The notes under the pieces were generated by a model that saw nothing but the letters and a program-made list of their open reading frames with translations, had not been told where the DNA came from and did no database searches. Of a DNA stretch of 64,000 nt, positions 1-11,682 are shown piece by piece (position 1 is the first letter of the stretch; the number at the start of each line of letters is the position of its first letter). The position numbers and the translations under genes were made by a program. The DNA is from Podarcis erhardii (lineage: Eukaryota): the NCBI GenBank assembly GCA_964252035.1, contig OZ176201.1; one strand, written 5' to 3'.

Positions 1-409
1 ACAACTAGAGGTACCACTGTACCCATAGCCACAGCCATATGCCCCTATTTGAACAATAAAAAATCCAGAGATTATGAAACCACCAGATTCACTAAAATGC
101 ACCCAGACATCAGCGTAACATTCTCCAACACTACCGTAGGGCCTGCTGCAATGTCCTTCCTCCATTCTGCGTCCTTGGTGTCTCCTTCTGTCTTTCTCTT
201 TCCTTTCCATCCTCCTCTTCCTGCCTCCCCCATTTTTGTACATTTCTTTCTTTGGCCCTTTCATTTCCTAAGGGAAACGTAAACTGCGCTGTGGCAGCCA
301 TAGAGTGGTTTCAAGTAGCTCCTCCCTTTTTGCAAAAACTGAGGGAAGTTATCTAGAGGAGACTTGTGTGTAGGCACACAGCTGACCTCTGAAGCTCAGC
401 CTTACAAGT

Positions 410-1043
410 TTTCTTTCTTTCTTTTTTTTTGTATATAATTTTTACTAGTTTTATTTTCTAACAACAAGTATCAAAATCATTTCCAAACAATCATTCTACA
501 TTCTCCCCCCCCCCTTCCCGTTGACTTCCTTCAGCTTCCCCCTCTGGCTTATTACATTAAATGATACAATCTGCTATTCCTTATCTGTCAAAATGTTATT
601 ACAATGTTATTCCTCATGCATTTTGTTAAGTAAGGTTGTGAATGTTTATTTAAATCCTGCTATCGAGTCCATTTCTTTCAGTTGTTTCTTCAGATAGTTT
701 ATGAAAGGTTCCCATTCTTTTTCTAAATCACTATTGTCTTTTTCATGTAGCTTATCCGCTAGCTTTGCTAATTCCACGTAGTTCATCAATTTTTCCTGCC
801 ATTGTGCTTTCGAAGGTATTTCTCCAGTCTTCCAGTTTTGTGCTATTAGGATTCTTGCCACTGTTGTCGCATACATGAATATTTTCCATTTCTCTTTTGG
901 CAGTCCTTGATCAGAAATATCTAGTAAAAATGCTTCTGGTTTTTTAACAAACATCATTTTAAACATTTTTTTCAGTTCGTTATGTATCATCTCCCAAATT
1001 GATACTACTACATTCCCACCACATATGATAAAAGGCACCCTCC
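410..1043 (-). mobile_element. 5'-truncated L1-type LINE 3' end (ORF2 C-terminus, 3' UTR, poly-A tail)
   Basis: 1010-1042 encodes EGAFYHMWWEC (L1 ORF2 Cys/His C-terminal motif). A frameshift separates it from ORF 646..1038 (WEMIHNELKK...KPEAFLL...ARILIAQNWK). AATAAA at 450-455 and an A-rich tail at 410-430 on the - strand. Confidence 0.8.
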
Positions 1044-1504
1044 ATATTTTTCCTGAGCTCCCCCCACGTCACTTTGACTGTTGTGCAGGGCCACTCACCA
1101 GGTGGTCACTTGATGCCACCATGCAATCGGATAAGGACCCAACTTCAAAGAAAAGGATCAGGAGGGTACTCCACAGTGCGCTACCATTTCTTTTCTTTCT
1201 TTCTTTCTGGCTTGAACTCAAGTGGGGCTGCAAAGGAAGATCCCCACTGAAAGCAGGGTTTGCAGACACCGTCAGTCAGCTGCAAGCTCCGCTTTCAGTA
1301 GGGGTCAACTCGACTTGAGTTGAGCAAATCCTAGTGGGACTTGCATTGAGCACCAAATTTAAAAGGCACTGAATACAAGTCCCATTTGCCAGGGAACATT
1401 AGGCAGTGCACATTAAGGCTCCCAATGTTTCTCCAGGTCTTTGCTTGTCCAGCACCTGATGTCAGGTGTGTGGCCCGAGGGATACTGTCTTTTGGGCCAG
1501 ATTA

Positions 1505-1854
1505 GGAAGCGGGTGGTGCTGTGGGTTAAACCACAGAGCCTAGGACTTGCCGATCAGAAGGTTGGCAGTTCGAATGCCCACGACGGGGTGAGCTCCCGTT
1601 GCTCGGTCCCTGCTCCTGCCAACCTAGCAGTTCGAAAGCACGTCAAAGTGGAAGTAGATAAATAGGTACCACTCCGGCGGGAAGGTAAATGGTGTTTCCG
1701 TGCACTGCTCTGGTTCTCCAGAAGCAGCTTAGTCATGCTGGCCACATGACCCAGAAGCTGTACGCCGGCTCCCTCGGCCAATAAAACGAGATGAGCACCA
1801 CAACCCCAGAGTCGGCCACAACTGGACCTAATGGTCAGGGGTCCCTTTACCTTT
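1505..1854 (+). mobile_element. Sauria SINE, full length
   Basis: tRNA-like head (GCGGGTGGTGCTGTGGGTTAAACC...GTTCGAAT), conserved body and GGTCCCTTTACCTTT tail; homologous to three other copies in the window. Confidence 0.93.
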
Positions 1855-2214
1855 AGGACCCAACACTTGAAGACCAACCTGAATTGGACTTTTTTGCAAG
1901 CTGAGTCAGGCTGTGTGCTGTGCTTTAAGATTCATTCCCTGATGCTGTGTAACACAGTTGGTTTCAGTATGACTTTTTTCTGAAGCAACCCTCCCTCCCC
2001 CCAAAAAAACTTGAGAGAAAATAGCAGTTTGCAAATTGAGCATTAATACTGATAGATGTAGACTGGGCTTGGAATATCCACATCAATAGGATATTTGGAT
2101 TGGGACAGACTTGGAAAATCTCACAAGATATCAGACAGGTTGCTTTTCCAATGGGCATGAAGCCAGCATAGAATTATCTTAATAGGGCATGCCTGCTTTC
2201 CCTTTCCCTTGCAG

Positions 2215-2272
2215 GGTATACGTGGAGCAGCCCTGTGAGTCCTCCCCCGTCTGTATTTACATGCGAGATGAG
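2215..2272 (+). CDS. ASPSCR1: ASPSCR1 coding exon (58 bp), (R)VYVEQPCESSPVCIYMRDE
   Basis: Acceptor cccttgcag|G and donor GAG|gtaagt; similar to human RECLQHPGGATPVCVYTRDE. Confidence 0.93.
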
Positions 2273-3323
2273 GTAAGTCAACAAACCCTCTTCTCAGCCA
2301 TCCCCCTTCATCTGCCACTGAAAATAACAAAATATACCCTGCACAGCTTTCCAGCCTGGAAAATGTGTTCCATCTCTGGGCTTGCTGAAGAAGGGAAATG
2401 GAAGAGCTTTGGTCTCTTCAAAGCTTGACGTGTTTGTGTGGGGGAGAAAAAAAAAACCTCTGCTGGAACATAATCACGGGTCGCTCGGCACAAGCCTCTG
2501 AGCCCATAAAACATTCTCAATGACCTGTCTGTGTGTTTTTTTAAGTTCTTTTAAAGCTCAAGAGTCACAACAGTGGTTTCATTTTAATAAATATTTGCTT
2601 TTTCCATGTTTTGATCTCTGCAGCATTTTTGTTTTTGTTTAATACTTTATATGTCAGCATTCTGGAGGCTCCCCCTCCCCCAAATAAATAAACAAGATCC
2701 CTCCCCTGGGTCTGCATAGATCACCCGTATGCTGAGACTAAGAGGTGATTGACATTGACTCTGCCATCTTGCAAGGGCACAGGGTGGTTGTTTGCCCTTG
2801 CAGGGTGGGTGGCGGAGGCAGTTTATTGTTTCTGAGCTTCCTTCTGGATGAGAAGTTGCCCCCTTGAACATGAATTTGGGAAGTTGTTTAATACCAAGCC
2901 AGAAAAGTAGTTCATTCAACCCAGATTTGTCTACTCTGACTGGCAGTGGCATCCAATGCCTCAAGCAACACCTGCCTTTCTGAATCTTATGACCCAAGAA
3001 TCCTTTCTTTCAAGGGTAGGAAACCTGTGGCCCTCCAGATGTTGCTGCACTCCCATCATCTCTATCGGCCATGCTGGCTGGGGCAACATCTGGTCATGGG
3101 TTCCCCATCCCTCTTCAATTGGAGATGCCAAGAACTGGACATGGGACCTTTTATGCCTGCAAAGCTTCCCTGACTCCAGGCTCAACACATTTAAAATAGC
3201 ATAAAGCTGCTTACAAGTATGACAGAGTACGTGAGGTAGCCCTCAAATTATTCCTTGGTGTCAGTTCTGAGCGTTGAGCCTCTGCATAACTGAGAAGTGT
3301 GTCTGCCTTCATCTCTTTTGCAG

Positions 3324-3397
3324 GTAACTGGGAAAACTGCTTTGGAGAAGACAAGTCTGAAATCACTTGGTCTGACAGGAGGCAATGCTATCATCAG
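3324..3397 (+). CDS. ASPSCR1: ASPSCR1 coding exon (74 bp), VTGKTALEKTSLKSLGLTGGNAII(R)
   Basis: Acceptor ttttgcag|GTA and donor AG|gttggg; similar to human VTGEAALRGTTLQSLGLTGGSATIR. Confidence 0.93.
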
Positions 3398-5010
3398 GTT
3401 GGGAGAAAGAACAAATTGTCTTCCCTATTAGTGCACTTTGCTTCCCTCTTTATTTTTTATTTTTTTGCATAAGGGATGCATTTAAGCAAATGTCCAGAGA
3501 CCAATATTTGCGGTCCTTGATAATTATTGGATTTTCCTTTTTAGGAAACAGCTGCTTAGATATACTTTCTGTAGCTGCAGCTGCTGCCACTTACCCCCCA
3601 ATTTTGCTGGGAGGAATTTCTTCATAATGGCTTGTCTGCTTCACTCAGGAGGAAGCACTGTGAAACTCTGAGCAGAACCTTTAACTGCTTCTAGCAGACC
3701 ATATATCCATGTTTTGCAGCATTCCAGCTGACTGGAAAAGTTTGCCTTCACTGGTTCCAGAATACATTCTCCTGCACCAGGAAATTGGTCACCTGGTGTC
3801 CTCCAGATGTGGTCGAGCTCCAATTCCCATCAGCCGCAGCCAGCAGTGCCAGTGGTCAGGGATGGTGGGAGATGTGGTCTCTAAAACATCTGGTTCCCGA
3901 TCCTTGACTTATCCATCCCTCCCTATAAATAGAGATAAGCAAGAGAGGACTAGCTTCACATGAGATGAGATTGGTAAGGATGTGGGGCAGGGCTTTCTTA
4001 ACACCAGTAGCCATATTGTACATCCCCATGAGTTTTTCCTGGCTCTCTTGCTTTTTTCCTTTTGCCGGCAGTGAAAAACTTAGTCTTCCCATCTTGCTGA
4101 TGTACTTTTTAACATGAATCTGAAGTTGTTGATTTTGAGTTTGCTGTCTTTTAGCTCTTAAAACATACAACACTTAACTATTTGTGAACCCTGAAATAAC
4201 TAATTTGGGGGGTTAGTGGTGGCGGCAGCATTTCTGCCTCTTCCATGCAGCTTCAGGTGTTGGAGAATGCAACATCTGAGTATCTGAAATTAAAATTTCA
4301 GGCATGATACTCAAACTCTTGATTAGGTCTTCCAGTATTTACCTTAGTCACACACCCCTTAGCCTGGGACATGTGGCGTTGCTCCTTTCACATTATCTTT
4401 CCAAGAGCCACTTCATCATTAAAGGAAAAGACTGATTCTAGCTTTCCTGCAGTGGGCTGACCACATAGTTTCGGTAGGGGAGTGATATTTTTCCTGTGTA
4501 TGTCTGTACATACTTATGTCTCCTGACCTACTTTCTGGACTGCATGATAGGGATACTCTTGTTAATTAATAAATCTGTATGTTGTGATTTGTATTCTGTT
4601 AGTTCAGGTCACTTTTATTAGCCGTAAGCTCTGACTTGTTTTCCTCTTTGTCCATTATGCAACTGATCAAAATGGTGGGATAGTGGGTAGGGCTGGTCTC
4701 TTTTCCTCTAAGAGGCGCAGTGAACTTGGATTGTGATCTGCAACTTGTTAACCTACTCCTGCTTGTCTTATCGTCCCAAAATTGGAGCCCCCGGGACAAA
4801 ATGCCTGCTTTTGTTCATGTAAAGAGTGGCATTTATTTTTAGGCATTGCTTCTGTGGCGTGTTATGTGCCCAGATTTTTCGAAGTTGTTGTTTGTTCCTT
4901 TCTTGAGGAAATGACTTGGGAAACTTGTTTAGCCTGAGCTGTTTGTGAATAAGAAAAAAATCAACATTTCCACTGTCAGCGACTGCTTCACTCTTTCCCT
5001 TTATGTCTAG

Positions 5011-5428
5011 GGTGGTCAAAAAGAAGTCCACCACCTCTGGCCACGCAGAAGCTGGAAGTGGTGAATATCCTTCTGAAGATCTGACAGCAAGGTCACCTTC
5101 CAGCGAAGAGCCAGGGGGTCTGCCTGTGCCACATACAGCTGCCTCCCCAGCAACTTCGACCTGCAGCGATGAGGCTGTGTTTGCCAGCAATAGCACCGAT
5201 AAGCAGGACAGGAGTGCAGAATCTCAGAGCAGCTCAGTGACCTGCCATTCTCCTTCGATGCCTTCCCCATTTGTCCCTTTTGTAGGTGGTGGCCAACGTC
5301 TGAGTGGTGGCTCTTCTGTATTGGATGTGCCATCGCCAAGCTTATCAACATCTCTGTCCAGTCCTGGAGGGCCTTCCAAGCCAAAGAAGCTAAAAAACAG
5401 CCCAGAAAAGCTAAAGGAACAAAAAGAG
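5011..5428 (+). CDS. ASPSCR1: ASPSCR1 large Ser/Pro-rich exon (418 bp, or 424 bp if the donor after 5434 is used)
   Basis: Acceptor atgtctag|G; lies in ORF 5003..5506; contains PFVPFVGGGQRL and SLSSPGGPSKPKK. Two in-frame donors: GAG|gtagag and GAG|gtttgg. Confidence 0.9.
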
Positions 5429-8400
5429 GTAGAGGTTTGGCTTTCTTACAGTGTTCTGGGGAGGCGGGGTTTTCTTTGCTTGTCCCCCTTTAGCACTGGC
5501 TTTTGAAGAGATGGAGGAAGCTTGTTAGAGTTCCACTCCCATAATCCTACAGTAAACCTCTGGCCTACAACCTCTGATGTTGATGAACGTCACATAGTTT
5601 GGGCAGAGTTTGATCTTCGGCCTGATTGACCTGATGTATTAAGAGTCAAAGTGGAATAAGTTGGTGGGAAAGTGGGAATTTATAGCCCTTATCTGGTGCA
5701 TTTGAAATCCAAGTTGTTAGGAACCAGTGAAGTTAGGTGAAAGTGACAGGGCTGAGTCAAAAGTGCAGCACAGATCTTAGGGATTTGCTGTGCAGACTGA
5801 AGGATTAAGCACAGAAACTGAACTGTACATTCACAACCAGTGGCAGAAGACTATGAAGCTAGTTGCACTCTTCTGCTGAAACTGGAATGGATCTTGATTT
5901 ACTAAAGCTTCCTCTGGTGTTGTCTCCTGTTCTCTGAATGGATTCCATAGTTGAGAGGTTCTTTGACTTCCTTAACTCAGCAGGACTTCTGCTTCTTCAC
6001 AGCTTTTCTAGCATCCGAATGCATCAGGAGGGGGAAATAACCCTGAGATCTTATTGGGGTTGTCCTCCAGAAATGAGAGTCGAGTTGCAGCAACTGCTGT
6101 TATCCTCTGGTTTACTATAGTTTAATTGACTTTGCTACATTTTTCTTCTGAAACCTTCCTGTTGTGGAATTCCTGAAGTTTTAGTCTCTTGTGACCTTTT
6201 TGACTGAGCTAGCCAAGAGAAATGAGTAAAGAAAATAATTAGGAACAGTAAGTGAAACACCAATCCAGTAAGTGAAATTGAGCCAATCCTTCCCCCTGCC
6301 CCAGTCTAGGCATATCTTTCTGATGTGCTTGGGATATGATTTGCCCTCGGTTTTTTCCCCTGTGTACCTTCTGATACAGAAAGCAAACGTTTCCCTGGCA
6401 AGGTGATGTATACCTATGAGCACTCATAACTCATAACTTTGTGACCTCTGGTTCTTGAGTGTGTCACTGAATGCTGCCCTACCTTGCTGGCATCCGGGAC
6501 TAGAAAAGGACCATGATTTAATTGTTGATGCAGCTGAAGGGTTGGCTGGTTTTGTTCAATTCTGATACTTGGATTGAGGCCAGCCTTAACTCTTCTTACA
6601 TGGTTTTGCCTGTAGCTAAGGAAACCTCCTGTTCAACAACCTAGACACCCTTGACAAACTTGTGTAATGGTACGTTTTTAGAGGAAATTCTTAGTTTACA
6701 AAGCAACATTCTGCAATCAGATGCTTGGTGTCCTTATATTCCCATAAGCAAAATAAGAACAACTTTGTAAGCGAGTAATATTTGAACAGATTCAACATAA
6801 ATAGGAATGTTAAGTTAATTCCGCCCCCCCCATACAGCTCGAGTAATGATTACATGTTAGGCAAACTTGCCATTAAAAATGCACAAAATGGATGGCTGCC
6901 AAAGACCTGAGGTCCTTATATTCATGTGACAACAAATCTGTGGGTCACCATGCATACCAAGTAAATTGGACTTGTGGATCAACATGCCAAAAAGGTTGGA
7001 AAGCAGGGCCAATGGAGCGGTGTCTTGGGAGCAGCTGCAGGTTCTGTTGGAAGCTTCCCTCCCTCATGCTAAACAGCGTGCGACTCTGACGGCTGCTTTC
7101 AGGCCCTTTGATCTCGGGTGCCTTTGCCGCTGATTGATTACGTTGTGCTCCCTCCTCCATTCCTTCCATTCCCTTGCCTTGCTCTCATCAGCAGCTCCAG
7201 AATGGGGCTGGCCGCATGGCATCTGCTTTTTGTCCCTTTTCAGTCCAGAGGGGGAAGAAGAAAAAAACCCCAAAACAAAACAAATTATTTTTAAACATCA
7301 AAGGTCCATTTTAGCAAAAGAATCTTCCCATTAATGTTGTGCCTGTGTGTGGTTTTTTGTATTTGATGGAAGAGGCTGGATAAAATCTGTGCCGGCGTCC
7401 CTCCACTTCTGGGCTGGGGATGGTTTACAGACCAGCCATACTTTGATGTCAAAACATTAATTATTAGAAGGTAGCTTAGCTCCAAATTCCCCTAGAGATC
7501 AGAGACTTCTGCAGTGTGGGAGAGGAGCTGGTTTTGCCCCACCACCTTGCTTTAACGTCACAGCAATCCCTGCCACCCTTTTGACTGTGGACCACAGTAA
7601 TACGTAGGAGTGTAAAGGGTAGGTTTGAGTGACAAGGCCAAAGCACTGGGCGAATGGATGGCCTGTAATACTGTTGGCAAAGGATCTCTTGAGAGTTTTG
7701 GTTTGGAAATGCGTACTGAAGAGAGTGGACGTGGGCTAGTAGTTTCGCATTTATTACTCCCTTAAGTGCTTTTTGCAGCGGTTTCCAGAATTGAAGAATC
7801 ATCTCAGGCAAAATGACCACTGAAGAACTTTTGTCATGCAACCTGCATGCAAGCATCATAGCTAGTTCTTGACATCCTTCTCTGAAGGCTATGATCAGAC
7901 CATGCAGCCCCTCCAGGCATTGACTGATGATGGTGTTGAGAGTTGTGGTGCTGCCCATCAGCCCCTCTATTACAACTGTACACCCGAAGCTGAAAGTTGA
8001 CGCTGTAAATTACATCATATTGAAGATCTACTGGAAGAGCTTGGTATTCAAAAAGTCCTGTTCCCTTTGTCTCCATTTTTGGCAGCCCTCCCTAGCCACA
8101 CTGGAAGTTGCCAATGTCCTGGGTTTGTTTAATAGTCTGTAGAGAGGAATGTGTTGCATTGTTTCTGTCCTCAAGTCAATTACTTGTTTCTAGACAGAGC
8201 CCTTCTGGGATTTGCTTCAGTTATTGAGCAGTCAGTGCTGCTGAGAGAAGAGACAAATGTTGACAGTTCAGATTATGGAAGAATTTTATACCAAGCAAGT
8301 TGTATTGAGTTGGTGGGAAAGACCTGAAGATCTTAAAGCAGGCATAGAGAACCTCTGGCCTGCAGACCTAATCTGACCCACCAGCCCCCAGTGCTCTCCC

Positions 8401-8696
8401 TACACGCCCCCCCCCCAGTTGTTCTGTTCTGCCGAGAGCTGGCAAGGCCAGGAAAAGAGCAAAAATGTGTCTCCCAGGGAATCATCAGACTTTGTTTCAT
8501 GCTTCCATGGGAGAATGATATTGGAGTGATGGAGAAGTTAGTGTGCCAGGCTTAAAGAGTTCTTCCATCTTGAAGTAGAGCATAAAAGCACAGCTTTAAA
8601 TGGGCATTAAAGGATGGAAGAAGAACTGTGGTAAGAGGGATGTTACACTTGTGAAATGTCCCATTATATTGTCCCAAATGAACCTTGACTTTAAGC

Positions 8697-8833
8697 CTGC
8701 CTTTTAAACCTTGGGTACCCAGATGTTGTTGGACTAAAACTCCCAACATTCCTAGCTAGCAGGACCAGTAGTTAGGGATGATAGGAGTTGTAGTCCAACA
8801 ACTTCTGGAGACCTAAGTGGTTGAGAGAGGCTG
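8697..8833. mobile_element. hAT-type palindromic MITE (same family as 31116)
   Basis: CCAGATGTTGTTGGACTA...CTAGCAGGACCAG...GGAGTTGTAGTCCAACAACTTCTGG. Further decayed copies near 3011-3113, 3780-3920, 36064-36185, 44120-44250, 48520-48653, 51440-51570, 51935-52071, 59895-60015 and 60442-60576. Confidence 0.7.
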
Positions 8834-10811
8834 CTGTACCTTGTGTGATCCTGTAGTAGGTGCAATAGTTTGGTCTCTCGGATTAAACCAGGAATTTCCG
8901 CCAGTATGCTAGCTGGCTCTTGATTCTGGGCTCTCTTCTTCACATAGGGAATCTGTGGTGTGGGAGTTAATTTTTCCTCCAGACTTTGCTAGGAGTAGTA
9001 GCTGTCTTTGCCACACAAACACACACCAGTTTTTGATTGGATCTTTCCAGTGTAGAGGTTAGAGGTGTGGAAATAGGACCGTAGGTTTTAGATGGGGTGT
9101 CAAAGGACCCTTTTACATCACTCTATAGTAAATTGCTCCTAGCGGCTGTCCCAGACTGTCAGTACAAGGCGGTTGCTTATCCATTCTGCTTCTTCTGCCA
9201 GTCCCTAAACAGCCAGCGTAAGGCGACAGTAGTCTTTGAAGGAGGACAGATTGGCAGCTCACGGGTACTTCTTGTGCTTTCTGCCCAGAGAAAGCTACAA
9301 TCAGGCTCCTTCACCCTCTAGTTAGACCTAACTCTCTTCAACTTTCTAAAAGTAGCTGAGGGTCCCACCCACGCAACCTCACTCTTTTAACTTCCCAAAT
9401 TACCCTCTGGTGCCCACAAATAGAGAAAATCTTGCCTTGTAATTTGTGTTGTCTCTCCTGACAATTGAGAGAGACTCCTTCTATTCCCAGAGGGCTTGTT
9501 CGGGGTGGGAGGGGTGGTGGTGATGCTGCAGAGAAGTGAGAATAAGATAGGACAGTAGATGGCCAGGGATGTGTGGGTGGGAAAGAGGGCACAGACAGGG
9601 ATGTGCTAGAGACATGAAGCGTGGGGGGTATGGGCAATTATAAATAGGAACGTCCCAAGTTCACGGAGTCTGGGGCCAGGCTGAGCAGATCATTGATGGT
9701 CAAGGATGCTGGTCTTCAAAGCAGCCTATTAACAATACAGACCAAGTGGTGCCATCATTTTTTAGCTCTGGATTTACAGAGTGTCAGCCAGTAGCTCTGC
9801 AGTGCAGCACCTTCTCTTTTCTGTCAGAACTAGCAGGACTGTTTGCCAACTGAATGGAATCTTATGCATGCATGGAGGGGAAACTGAAAAGAGAGACTAT
9901 ATCAGCAGTGGCAACAAAGCCTCTTCCCCTCCATCCTTCACCAACTTTCCTGTTTAAATCTCTGATCTGTAGTAATTCTGATGTAGATTGGTACTTGCAG
10001 ATGCAGGTTCTTCCAGTGTGTGGGGTGCAGCTGATAACCAGCTCCCACAAGCCCCAAGTCTTTCTGCTTCCAGTTGAACATATAGCATGGTATCAATGTC
10101 AAGTTCACTGTTCAGTAGTTGCATAGCCTTGATGCTTCTTCTCTATATAATCTGCTATAAGCCACCAGTGCTGGGTTCAGTGAAATCTGTCTCTTGTTCA
10201 TGCTTGTCACTTCTGCATAACTATTTCCGAGTTCCTTCAGTCTCCCCAAAACTGATGGAGGCTTTCCATAGCAATCTTGACTGAATCAGTTCTCCATGGG
10301 CAACATACCTGATGTGGACAAGGAGGAGTGGCAGCAGCTTTCAGGCTATAAAGCAGGCAGAGATTGCTACTTAACAGACTAATTCTGAAGCTCAGAAGGG
10401 CACATTTTGTATCATCTCTGATTTTCACAGTGGAGGATCACTTGCTTGTAAACCATCCCAATCAACAGCAGAACCTGCTTGATTGTGCAAACCTGTTGCA
10501 TGAGAAAGCTCAGTTAGAAGCCTTCTTTTCAGTGTGCAAGCTGTGCACATTTGAGGAGATTTTGGCATTGTATTCAAGCGAGAATTCTGAGGTGGTGCAC
10601 TTCCATGTGTTCTGTGCCTTGTGCCCTTATTAAAGCTTATATTATTGTGTGTCAACTAAGAAGGTTTGCCCAATCCCATTTTCACATGTCGGTCCTATTG
10701 TCGTGCGGATTTTTAAAACTGATTGCATTTAAATAATAATTTGGGGTAAATGAAATCAAATAACTTTTAAATTTTTTAAAATCACATAGATTCAGCTGTA
10801 CTATTTATGAG

Positions 10812-10814
<3 letters not shown>

Positions 10815-10864
<50 letters not shown>
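10815..10864. repeat. (TTTC)n tetranucleotide microsatellite, about 12 units
   Basis: Directly visible. Confidence 0.97.
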
Positions 10865-11542
10865 ATGGCTCCTAGCAGCTTTAGTTCAAAGCACAGCTGC
10901 TCTGCTGCCCTGGGTAAAAATGCTTTAAAATGCTGCAGAAAGAGGCTTTTTGCCCACTGCTTCCTGTGTAATTGTGTAGGCACAAAGGGACCTTGTACAG
11001 TAAAAAAGATGGCTACCCCAACAGCACATGGAGGCATCCATATTTTTTTCCATACAATGTCCCTTTGTTTGTTCCTTTGTGTGCAACCACTTACCGCAGC
11101 ATTTTAAAAGCACCTTTACCCGGTGCTGTTCTTTGAAGCTGTTCTTAGCGGCTTCACAGTGGGAAGGAAGGAAGGAAAGCAGTCTTCAGACCATCTTGTA
11201 AGTGGAATGAGTGAACTGTGTTTCAGAAAGGTTTGCACATCTACAGGTACAGGAGTACTTGTTTATGGGGTATGAACCAGGGAACTAACCTCACATTGCA
11301 GAGCAGATAAAATCCTTCTCCATTTCTATTTTAAGACCACGAAAGAGATTCACACGGGGAATGATTAAGCTGAAAGTTACTGTAATTCTGAAGCCTTTTT
11401 ATAGTTAAACGAACAAATGCTTTTGGGCAGGATTTTCTGGACACCCCCAAAAAGCACAATTTTACATATGTAAATGTGCTCAGCTGATTCCATGCCTTCT
11501 TGGATCCAGTCATCTGAACTTCAGTTCCTATGTTCTTTACAG

Positions 11543-11682
11543 CATCTGGAGCGAGAGCCAATTTTGTGCCATCCAGATCTACAGAAGCCACTGGATTTTG
11601 GCTCACAAGAACTTCCAGATGAGTTCTTTGAGGTGACTGTAGATGATGTGAGGAAACGTTTGTCTCAGCTCCAGAATGAGAG
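11543..11682 (+). CDS. ASPSCR1: ASPSCR1 coding exon (140 bp), HLEREPILCHPDL...ELPDEFFEVTVDDVRKRLSQLQNE(R)
   Basis: Acceptor ctttacag|CAT and donor AG|gtaagt; conserved LPDEFFE-TVDDVR motif. Confidence 0.96.

Noticed and set aside
1441-1877. Recurrent ORFs with VKPQSLGLAD / TCFRTARLAGAGTEQ peptides, also at 31717, 38847 and 57200-57813
   Set aside because: They are translations of Sauria SINE copies, not a gene family.
5016-5384. 122-aa ORF antisense to the large ASPSCR1 exon
   Set aside because: Typical shadow ORF of a coding exon, with no independent evidence.
7476-8132. 160-aa minus-strand ORF, and a plus-strand frame (7743-8129) with only 3 stops in 129 codons, as a possible pseudogene or TE fossil
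   Set aside because: Three stops against about 6 expected by chance is not significant, and I recognise no protein family. A tBLASTx search would be needed.
10200-10640. Coding-like stretch resembling an old LINE (RRFWHCIQARIL)
   Set aside because: The similarity is too weak to assign a family by eye.
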